Assembly (NCBI GenBank): GCA_963924565.1
Contig: OZ004613.1
Coordinates: forward strand, 13,206,001-13,270,000
DNA: 64,000 nucleotides
DNA from: Ascidiella aspersa
Taxonomy: Eukaryota
Reading direction: 5' to 3'
How positions within the stretch are numbered: the stretch's first letter is position 1; every line of letters begins with the position of its first letter. Of this stretch, positions 53,101 to 64,000 are shown piece by piece. Below the pieces are notes generated by a model that was not told the origin of the DNA, made no database searches, and was given only the letters and a program-made list of their open reading frames with translations. The position numbers and the translations under genes are program-made.

Positions 53101-56100
53101 GATCCAACAACCACCATAGGTTCTACTATGTCATCAGATTCAACAACCATGAAAGGTTCTACTACGTCATCAGATCCAACAACCACAACAGGATCTACTA
53201 CGTCATCAGATCCATCAACCATGACAGGATCTACTACGTCACCAGATCCAACAACCATAACAGGATCTACTACGTCACCAGATCCAACAACCACCATAGG
53301 TTCAAGTACGTCATCAGATATAACAACCCCTACAGGTTCTTCTACGTCACCAGATCCAACAACCACTAAAGGATCTACTACGTCACCAGATCCATTAAAC
53401 ACCATGGGTTCTAGTACGTCATCAGATTCAACAACCATAACAGGATCTACTACGTCATCAGATCCAACAACCGTACTAGGTTCTACTACGTCATCAGATC
53501 CAACAACCACCACAGGTTCTTCTACGTCACCAAATCCAACAACCACTAAAGGATCTACTACATCACCAGATCCAACAACCACCATTGGTTCTAGTACGTC
53601 ATCAGATCCAACAACCATAACAGGTTCTACTACGTCATCAGATCCAACAACCATGAAAGGATCTTCTACGTTACCAGATCCAATAACCATAACAGGTTCT
53701 TCAACGTCACCAGATCAAACAACCACCATAGGTTCTTCTACGTCACCAAATCCAACAACCACTAAAGGATCTACTACGTCACCAGATCCAACAACCACCA
53801 GAGGTTCTAGTACGCCATCAGATCCAACAACCATAACAGGTTCTACTACGTCATCAGATCCAACAACCACCACAGTATCTACTTCGTCATCAGATCCAAC
53901 AACCATAACAGGATCTACTACGTCACCAGTTCCATCAATCACTATAGGTTCTACTACGTCACCAGATCCAGCAACCATAACAGATTCTACTACGTCACCA
54001 GATCCAACAACCATAACAGATTCTACTACGTCATCAGATCCAACAACCAAAACAGGTTCTTCTACGTCACCAGATCCAACAACCAACATAGGTTCTAGTA
54101 CGTCATCAGATCCAACAACCATAACAGAATCTACTACGTCATCATATCTAACAACCATAACAGGATCTACTACGTCATCAGATCCAATAACCATAATAGG
54201 ATCTACTACGTCATCAGATCCAACAACCTTAACAGGTTCTACTACGTCACCAGATCCAACAACCATAACAGGTTCTACAACGTCATCAGATTCAACTAAC
54301 ATGACAGGTTCAACTACGTCACCAGATCCAACAACTGACACAAATTCTACTACGTCACCAAATCCCCTTAACAATTCATCGAGTCTGTCATTGCCTGATA
54401 TTTTCGTAATGATCAATCAATCCCAAGTTATTACACTAAACGTGAGTACTTCGATCGTTTTTTATCTGTTTGTAGTTGATCATGAACATTTACGGATGCA
54501 TTAACTAAAATTCTATATGACACAAGTTTGCATTTACGAGCCGTATACAATTATTACAGTTTAGAGTGGATATAACAGAAGTAGGTTTCATTTTCAACGT
54601 TTCGATATAGATATTCGTAACGATGGAAATGATACCTATTTCGATATGGGCTTTCAAATTTTTACTAACATTGTAAAAATAATGCGAAAACTAAGTATAA
54701 GCACTAATTCCTAATAGTTTGAATTAGACCTCAATGGGAACAAAACCTCAATTTGTTTGCCACGATGTAAGTAATCTATTACCTAACACCAACTTACATC
54801 CCTCACTTTATATAAAACATTTCAACCGTTACCCTAATTCTAACCTTCAACGTTCGTCCGTTGCCAGAAGAGCGGCGCCGAAAGCACGATATCATATCTT
54901 TGGCAGACCAGTGGCTTTAATCGTCCTACCCCCTTTACCCGTAGTTTTATGCGTTATTTAGGCGATTTCCATCTTATTTAGGTCTTTTTGGTTATGTCAC
55001 TGTTCTTCATACTGTAATAAATCAAGAATTCTGATTTGCATATTATTGAATTTTAGGTCTTTACGTGTGTTTTCGTTGATAACCGTTTTCTACCTAAATA
55101 TATTTCTTCACAAACTCCATTATAAAATACTTTTTAATGAAACCATGGCATTATATATGTTTAGGTATACTGATACCCAACGTAATTTTTTTTTTAATTT
55201 TTTTTTTTTTTTTTTTTTTTTTTTAGCAAGCAGAAGAATTTGTTGGCAATTTATCTAATATACTGGGAAGTTCATTAAATCAAAGTGATGCAAGAACGTA
55301 AGTTGCTTTAAATGTTTTTTACAAACTTTGGTTGCATTTATTTACAAAACTTGGTGCATCTATTACTCTTTTAGTCAAAAACACGTTCGGCAATAAATCA
55401 GCTTGTCTTTTTGTATCATTCGAAAATAAATGATGCACAATGTTTTAAACTGTTTCCATATGTATTTCAGATTTCTTCGTTCTGTCGATGATATCGGTGC
55501 TAAATTGACTCTTTCTACTGGAAAAAGTTTTCAGACTGTAAAATCTAAAAATTTAATAGTGGTCATAGTGAATATACCAGGTAGATGTTGGTCGTCAATA
55601 ATCATTAACTTAGAATCAGTATAACATGAATTATTTCCATTGCCTTAAATGAAAAGTTTGGTGATTTATTAAAAAAATTGAACCGTTTTAATATAGAAAA
55701 CCCCACTCCATTGGGTCTTGGAAATTCTTCCAATGGAATGCAGGTCACCGAGTACAATTTATTTAACACCAGCCAACCCCCAACAAACACAACATCGTAT
55801 ATTCAAGTTACAAAAGACTTTATCGAAAAACTTAACGGTACTTTGAACATCGGGTAGACTCCTATGATGTATTTAAAGTACTATATATGTTGAACTTAAA
55901 CGGACCCTAACAATTATTTTCGACACTTACTAAGAGTGCTTAATGGAAGTTTTAGTGTAAACGCTTATGTGTTTCTCAACACTAATATTTATTTTAGTTT
56001 AAAATTCACCATATGCCGTTAGGTACCCGGATCGGCTTTTATGCAATGTCCAAAGAGGTATTTCCAATAAGGTCGAACGAAGATTATGTTTCACGCAACG

Positions 56101-59100
56101 TCCTATCTGCTACTTTGTACAGAAACGGCTTAGTTGTTTCTACAAATTCAACCGAAGCTGTTACTTTGCGTTTTGTATATGATCGGGTAAACCTGTTAAC
56201 AGTTTATTTTTTATTTTTTTTTGTGGATTTAGCACTCCATGTATTGCCTGTGAAGAACTATTTTGTTCGGCTGATCTAAAAACAAATGGACTTGGTTAAA
56301 GACTTTACCACTTGTTAATGTATTTTTAAGATCACAAACTATTTTTTACAGAATATATATGCACCGTAAAGCCTTTGAATTAATTTTGGCTTCAGACGTT
56401 GTTCATAAAGTCTTTTTTGTTACTTTATGCTTTACGATTGAGTACATTTAACTCGGCGTGCGCCCCATGGGGCCTGGAAAACTTTGGGGGGACAAGGATA
56501 TGTTTGTAATGACAGAGAAAATAGGAGCGTATCCATACGGCTACGTGACCATGTCCACCAAACTTTATTTGTGTCCTATTTAACTACTTGAACTCAATTT
56601 GTTTTCACGCTCGGAAACAAATTTTATGTACCGTAATTTTAAGTTGTCATAATAAATTTCTAGAAAATCGTATTATCCATTGGCACCGTGCGTCTCATTT
56701 CCTTCAATAAAATGAAAGTTTGGGCAACTTCAACGATATAAAGGCGTTTGTTGCCATTTTGCCAACGGATAAAATTTACCCAACTAAAAATCCCGAGTCG
56801 ACGCCAGAAAGTACACATTCTTATGGCATATTTCTGTTGGGGCGTATTTTGAAACGTCCTGGTAAAAAATTTAGAAAATTAGTGAAACCAATTTTAGTTA
56901 GTTAAAAGGTTCTTTTGCCAAAATGATGTTGCCCAAGCCGACCGCTTGAATTGCGCACCTATGGATTACACGCAGTACTCTTGTTTTATCTTAGAGTAAT
57001 AAAAATATATTAATTTCTATTTTCCTGAAATTTTCTGTAAACTGTCAAAGTCATTAGGTGAATTACGTTTTTCTTCTAGGAAAATGTTGCCAACGCAAGA
57101 TGCGTTTTTTGGGATACTTTGACCAACAGGTGGTCTACCGAGGGTATATCTACAGTAAACAGAACGACGGATTATATTAAATGCCGATCATCGCACACCA
57201 CCAGCTTTGCAGCACTCTTTGTGAGTAACTAAGTATGCTTCGGGAGGATCTCTTCTGTAATAAGACGTAGACCATCCACATACATCAAACCCAATAAAGG
57301 GTTGGGTAACTTAATTTAAGTGTTTGTTATAATAATAAACCACCTTTGTAATGCAATTTAGCATTGCTTTCTAACAAACTTGCCGCTAAATTTGTACTTA
57401 GCAGGATCATGGATTTTTGCCATTAGGTATCACAGTATTTAGAAACTAAGTCGTCAATAATGAAAAGAACTGGACATATTACCTAATTAATATTTTTAAA
57501 GCTAACACTTCCGGTGCAAATATTTCTGCTTTAGCAATTGAAGTCGTTAAGCGGGATAAACTTCGAGGAATTTTCGGGTTAAAGTTGGGTTAAACGACGG
57601 TACATCGAAGTATTTTGAGATTGCAAACATGTTGGATAACGTTATTTTCCCATGTCGGTAACGGTGCAACTCAAGTTTTGGGATGCTTTATAAGAAAAAT
57701 TAGGAATTTTTTTGAAAATATATTTTATTGCAGTTCTGTAATTTGCTTGGCAAAGAATAGTTTTCGCCTAAATGGTCTCTTTTCGCAATATGAGTACGCT
57801 CCCAGATACTATAAACTAAACCGGGGCTTACGTAGTTTACGTGTTGGGTCAACATCCAACTGAAAATTGTGTAAATCCCAATGTTTATTTTATTAAAGAG
57901 CTTGGCATCTGAAGAGTGCTCCATATCGAGATCTGCCACCGGAGTAATCACAACGGTCGGAAGTTCAATTTCGGCATTTTTTCTTCTCCTTACTATCGCT
58001 GTGTTCCTCTTAGTCCCGTAAGATATTGGACGTGGAGAAACGTGGATAAAAGAATTCGAATAGTTTAGAACCTACTGTAACTATTTAATAGCTTACCAAA
58101 TTAATGTTACTAGCAAACCATCAATAGCTTATTGGCTACTTTCTATAAAAAAAATGTAAGCTAACAACGATTAATAAATCCAAAAAAACGCTGGAGACTT
58201 CTTTATTTATGTACCAATACCCTTAAAATCAGTTTTGATAGTCATAAGCTAAGTGCAAATCTTTTCAGTTTTTTCTTTAAACGTCAATGCCGGAAAATTG
58301 ACATAGGCTACGTTTTAGTGCGTTTTTATGCCAATTTTGCCATTACTGACGAACTTTAATTGTTTTATATTTTGACTAAAAACAAAATAAATCAAACCAG
58401 ATATGTTTGCTTGGAAATGTTCCTTGAGTAACACAGCAGTAACGTTTATGGCAGCGATACCTATTCATTTTGTACTCTTAATCCTCGTCATTACTCCAAA
58501 CTTCCTATCTATGTGTAGGAACAGGTAATTGCTTGAAAGGTAAAGAAAGAAACCGTAAAACATTTGATTACGATAAACTGTTGATGTACGGTTAATTTTA
58601 CCAAACTTGCAAATTCATTACAGTTCCATTTTTAATCCAAAAGTTAGCCAAAAGTTAATGAGCTGACGTTTACGATCACGGTATACACCAATAGTTAAGA
58701 TTTGCTTTTAACTCGTAACGCGCAGAACTACGAGAAGCGGAGGTAGACTGAGAGGCGCGGTGCTGCTGGTCAATTACGCAACCGCGTTGCTTCTCCTAGA
58801 CGTCTTCATCATTGCCAGTCAGGCCCCCGCCGTCAAGGCACACACCCTTGCGTGCCAGAGCATAGGCGTTCTCCTCCACTACTCTCTGCTCGCCACATTC
58901 GGCTGGATGCTCGTGGAAGGAGTGACCTTTTTCCTCTCCGTAGTTTTCGTGAGTATGGAAAGACGCTTTCGGTATCGATCATATAGGAAGCAAGACTCGC
59001 CCGTATTATACGATCTTGCGGGTAACGAGTATTGTTCAACCTTTCTACAATTGTACTCACGTTAACTTTAGTTGACAAAAAGCATTGTTTTCTGAATTGT

Positions 59101-61570
59101 ACTCTATTTAATAAAAAATCAAGGTAATATTGAGACGTATAGTTTTTTTTTTCTTTTTTTTTTTTCTTTCTTTTTTACTTTTTAGGGAAAAAGCAGTCAG
59201 ATATGTTTTTTTCATTTTTGGGATACCATCATACCAACTTAGCCTCTACGGCTAACTGCCGGTGAATTAACACGTTTGATATTATTGACACCAAATTAAG
59301 ATGAAAATAAAGCTTTCCTCACTCATATGGAATGTAAACTTAAATGGATAAGTTATAAGTTTGTTACTATAGCCATTAGAAAATTATCGGAACCCTTGAA
59401 GAAGTTAGGTAAATTTCTGAACTGTTAGTTAGAATATCTCCATATTCATTTTCAACATGCTAGTAAGGCACTGATTGTTTCTATGTTTAACTAAAACCTC
59501 CAACCATTTTGATTCAAGGTAATATTAATGCACAATCTGTAAATAAATCCATCTAGTTTTTTATATCATTAATTGCTTCTAATCAACATTATTTTACTTT
59601 GTGTAGCCTATTTTTGTCCACAATCAGCTGACCAATAGAATCATTTTTACTTTTGGCATAATTGTTGGTTGGATTATCCCCGGAGCAATTGTTGCAGGAG
59701 CAGCTGGATCAGACCCTAGCAGATACATTCGCAACGATAACGAGTAGGTTTCACATCCTCGTATTTCTTAAACTCTAAGATAAGTATATTACGCGTTTTA
59801 TGAGTTGATTAAGTATGAGTGTGCAGTGTTGTAATGACGTCACTGACATGACTTAAATATATGTAAGGTACTGTGTTCAAATGGCTTGACTTAACTCAAA
59901 TCGTTTAAGTAAATGACTTAAAATAGGCTAGGGTAGTTTTGCTAGGCAAATTTTTAATGGACTACTGTAGTAAGTTTTGCACATCAAATCATTCGCTTGT
60001 TATGCTTTTGTTTAGTTAATATTCATAATCGGACGAGTCTGCAAAATTTAAACAGTTTTACAAATTTAATGGTTTGATGTTTTATTTTGGTGACAAGGAC
60101 TCTCCTCGGAGTTGACTTGTTTTTTTGATTGGAACTTGACTTGAACAAATGATGGCTGGTACTGGAGCTTGGCTTGCTTTTTTATTCAAAAATATTTCAG
60201 TTGAACTAAAATTATCTCACAATGACTTTACCGGGACTTAAGTTATTACAAAACGATTTGCTTATAAAACACTGAAAGAGATTGTTGAATTGAAATTCAA
60301 AACTAAGCATAGAAGTATGATTTTGACTGGATATATTATTTCTTGACTGTCCGCTTTTAACAGGTGCTGGATGGTGGTGGGAGATATTCCTTTCTTTGTC
60401 ATTATTCCGACGGCGACCGCTATGGCCGCTAATCTTGTCATGTATTCCTTGATAGTTAGACATACATTGTGCTCGAAATCAATCGAAACAGTAAGTCCTT
60501 GATTCACTAAATTCTGTTTGGCAGACTTAAGCAGAATTAATAAAATTTTCGCAATTGAAATATTCTTTGTTTTTGTGTTCCGGGAGCCTAATAATTTGAA
60601 ATAATCGTTTGTTTCTATTGCAGAAACGCTCGTCGTACAAAAACTTGTGCTTTTCCGTTTGTCTTTTTTTCACCCTCGGCTTGACCTGGGTCTTCGGATT
60701 CATTCTTAGTGGGTTATCCTGCAAATCTGGAACTGCTTTGGCCATTATCTTCACCGTTTCTAACTCTCTGCAAGGTGGAGATTATTGCATAAATATTGTT
60801 GCACGTGTTTGGAAATGGTCTATTACTTAAATTTAGCGCAAATAAGATTTTTTTTTATAAGATTGGTGCGTTTTAGAACTGTTGAGGTAGAAAATCTCTA
60901 TCGAGATTAAAAAAACTGACTTGACTTGAACTTACTTTTACCAATTCCAATAATGCCTTTTAGGATTGTAAGGTGGAGATTATTGCATAAATATTGTTGC
61001 ACGTGTTTGGAAATGGTCTATTACTTAAATTTAGCGCAAATAAGATTTTTTTTTATAAGATTGGTGCGTTTTAGAACTGTTGAGGTAGAAAATCTCTATC
61101 GGGATTAAAAAAACTGACTTGACTTGTACTTACTTTTACCAATTCCAATAATGCCTTTTAGGATTGTATCTCTTCCTAATATTTGTGGTGAGGAATCAGG
61201 AGACGCGAAATGAGGTTTCTTCAGGGATGTTCGGCAGAACAAGGCCTTTGTCGTTTTTCACACTGAGGTTAGTGTCTTTGTAAAGTACCTACTATATTTT
61301 AAGAGAAAAATAAAATGCACAGCCCTGCATATATAACAATAAATGGAAGGCACAGCTAAAACGATGATTTCGACTTGAAACTTGTTTCTTATTTTGCGTC
61401 TCAGTTTAAGCATGTCGCTTTTGATGCTCTTGTCAGCTGACTTCATATTATTTTACAGTTCCGGTCACAGAGGTGTGTATGAAGTGCACAAGAAAGCTGC
61501 CAGCCTTGATCCTTCGTTATCTCCCAGGCGACAAGAGGATACTTACAGCACTATTCAGCGGCGTCTATAA
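47167..61570 (+). CDS. Adhesion GPCR with very long Ser/Thr mucin stalk, GAIN/GPS domain and 7TM
   Basis: Signal exon 47167-47281; small N-terminal exons tentative (e.g. 47690-47759, 48873-48938); mucin exon 49007-54441; GAIN exons 55227-55297, 55471-55580, 55697-55837, 56023-56186; GPS exon 57080-57220 (CVFW..WSTEG..CRSSHTTSFAALF); 7TM exons 57899-58017, 58726-58948 (LHYSLLATFGWMLVEG), 59607-59743 (GWIIP), 60364-60490 (CWM), 60624-60774 (LGLTWVFG, NSLQG), 61162-61267, 61459-61570. Confidence 0.9.
49130..54360 (+). repeat. Coding 36-bp tandem repeat (12 aa, consensus TTS[S/P]DPTTITGS), ~145 units
   Basis: ACTACGTCA(T/C)CAGATCCAACAACCATAACAGG(A/T)TCT repeated in frame with no frameshift. Confidence 0.97.
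60772..61167 (+). repeat. 198-bp tandem duplication spanning an entire aGPCR intron
   Basis: 60772-60969 vs 60970-61167; two substitutions seen (CGAGATT/CGGGATT, TTGAACT/TTGTACT). Confidence 0.95.
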
Positions 61571-63697
61571 ATCCGGCCTTAAACACACGCGAGACACAAT
61601 ACAAAAGGATGGAGCGTGAACACAGCCCTTATAATCAACTGCACGCGATGACACATCCTACATTATTACGTATACTCGCACAGAGATTTAGCTTTGATCT
61701 CGCAATCATGTATAGCAGCGGACATAGTGTGTATATTGCTTTAGCAAAAGGCACTTTGCATATTTTGCTCACTTTACACTGGGCCATCTCCTAATTTAAT
61801 GTTTTTCAAAATTCTAACATATTAAAATTCGTTTTTTTAGGCAGAGCTTATAGACTTATGTGTTAATTTTATCGCAAAAGAAAATGTTTTAGATGAGTGC
61901 CATCACCAGGGTTATGGCTGCCTATTAAAGTCACTGTCTGAGGTGGTAGGCTGGACAAAGTATTTACGTCATTAATTCTTATAATACTTAACAAAATATC
62001 ACGTGATAACAAGGCGTGGTCTAAACCTTTTTCTCTCGACTCTTATAGACGGAAATAATATTTTTGTCCCAATATGGCTTGAACAAAAGCGCTTCGATCT
62101 ACATTGCGACGTAACTGGCGTTCGATTCTAAAAAATACCGGATAGTTGACAATAAGGCGAATTTCAAAACATGCGTTAACTTTAAACGGATGTTCGTATG
62201 AGCCGGCGAGGCCTGACTCAGTGAAAAATGATGTCTTTGCAAAATCTTGCTAGATCGGCATTTGATGTTTTTTACAGAAAAATTTCCATGACGAAATATT
62301 AAAACGGTGATACAGCGATAAAGCAAAAATTATCTGTGTAAACAACAATATGACGAAGTGGCTGCTTATAACTTCTTGCATTTTTCTGTGGAATTTTATT
62401 CATATAATATACCATAACTGTAATAAAGTTGTGATTTCAGCGTTCTAAGTATGGTTTGCTTGAAGAGCCCATCTAACCCTTTCCACATATTTGGCGATGT
62501 ATTGATTGGGGTTGAATAAGTCTACTTATTTAAATCGCTTGAAATTAATTTTGATTAAATCAACTTAACATGCTCCGTTAATTACTCTAAACATGACTTG
62601 TCTAACTTTTAATAAGGTCTTTTGTGATTTGACTTGGTAACCTTTGGAACACCTTGCTTAGGATTTGTTTACTAGGAAAATGAACCAACAAAATAAACTT
62701 AATTTAACAATTGCTGTCAATTTGTCGACAATTAATGTAGCTTTGTAAGTTTTCCAAAAATATTCTTTCAGTTTTATTATTATTTGAATATCAGTAGATT
62801 CAGTACGTTCAAATTTACCGACATTAAAACGTTTTTCCTACATTTTTAGGAGAAGTAAATTTCTAAAACCTTTGGGTAGTAGCCCAGTGTTTTTGTTTAG
62901 GGTTCTAGCTAATACACGTTTCAGCAATTTTAGAAATAAAATTTTCGCGCTATACTTTCTGTTTATTCGTTATTTAAATGTTTTCTGTTTCTAACATCGG
63001 GGGTATACCGGTGCTAATAAATAACAGTTTAGGCTAACTAACTATGAAACATATATAGTACTTTTTCAAATAATTTTATTAAACATTTTTGTGGTACAAT
63101 AGGCGTCGTTGTATATTTTAACACATATCCAGCTCAAAAGTTAAAGAAGTTTTTAACATAAAATAAATAATTATAAAATTACAGACGAAATTTTACTTGG
63201 TATACCATGGGTGGTTGTTCTGCCATACAGCTTTGGAATGAAACAAACCTCACAACTTTGTTTGACAACAACTTTTTTATGCCATTTAGCAATTTGTGCA
63301 TATCAAATCCTTTTCGCGTGATCACTACTTAAATTGTATCTACGTTTTGTCAATGTAAACTAATAAATGTAAGTAATAAAGCTGTTTACTTAAGACGTAA
63401 ATGTCTGTTTTATTGGAACGATAATCTACATCTGTGCGACCCAACCTTTTTCCGTTTGCAAACTCAGTTGTATTGCTATTTTGTTACACGAACCACTAAA
63501 CGATATTGATATATCAGAAGAAAGGAACCACATACAGTTTACTCTTAATGCCAAATTCGAGCTTGCATATATTGGATATTAACATATTATGTCGAGCATT
63601 GTAGGACACAAGTTATATACTTAGTATCAGCACAAAGAATGCCCAAACTTAGGCTCACTATGTTTTAAAGCTTAAAATCGGAACGATTCCAAACAGC

Positions 63698-64000
63698 AGT
63701 GTTCTAACCAAGTCATTTCGAAATATCTTAGGTCCCAGTCAAGTCATATGCCAAATAAGTTAAGTCCAAGTTAAGCTTTTTTGAATAAATTAGAAGTCAA
63801 GTCCCAGAGAAGTCATAATTAAAGCAAGTAAATTCCAAACCAAGTCCTTGTTACAAAAAATTACGTTAAGCTAAACAATTAGGTAAAATCATCCGATATG
63901 AGAAATACCTTAACTAAAAAATACCAAAAGGCAACAAAGGGCAAGCAAATTGTTTTATGTGCAAAAATTAAAATAAATAACCCAATTTTACAAAACAATC
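63698..64000. mobile_element. Left part of a CAAGTC-repeat hAT-like MITE, cut by the window end
   Basis: CAGTGTTCTAACCAAGTC start; homologous to 43171-43595. Confidence 0.65.

Noticed and set aside
49008-54416. Long antisense Val/Asp-rich ORFs (1344, 215, 233 aa)
   Set aside because: Mirror of the 36-bp Thr/Ser repeat; they are broken by stops while the sense frame stays open and splices into the GAIN exons.
58949-59065. Extension of the aGPCR TM3 exon shown in the ORF track
   Set aside because: The strong donor TTC|GTGAGT at 58948 matches the phase of the next exon, so the extension is intronic.
61609-63690. Short ORFs downstream of the aGPCR and other 60-100 aa ORFs in introns
   Set aside because: No recognisable motifs or splice-consistent structure; expected by chance in AT-rich DNA.

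Overview
AT-rich eukaryotic genomic DNA with short spliceosomal introns and many hAT-type MITEs. It looks like an invertebrate chordate such as an ascidian, which is inferred from gene and intron style and not proven. Exons were assembled by hand from splice sites and phase. Genes: (1) complete 8-exon class A orphan GPCR (-, 8865-1770); (2) complete 13-exon SLC22 transporter (-, 21920-12215); (3-4) a tandem pair of CYP2-clan P450s (+), where copy A has intact exons 1-8 but only 6 nt of the heme-binding exon 9, and copy B is complete; (5) a 4-exon gene for a small secreted, probably GPI-anchored protein with a prion/Shadoo-like layout and Shisa-like motifs (+, 41626-44249); (6) an adhesion GPCR (+, ~47167-61570) with a 5.4-kb mucin exon of ~145 36-bp repeats, GAIN/GPS and 7TM. 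Main oddities: the PrP-like protein; a 198-bp tandem duplication of a whole intron that creates a 9-nt stop-containing micro-exon in the aGPCR TM7; the heme-less CYP paralogue; a TIR element built from two head-to-head tRNA-like arms; a hAT insertion that duplicated a splice donor; nested MITEs.
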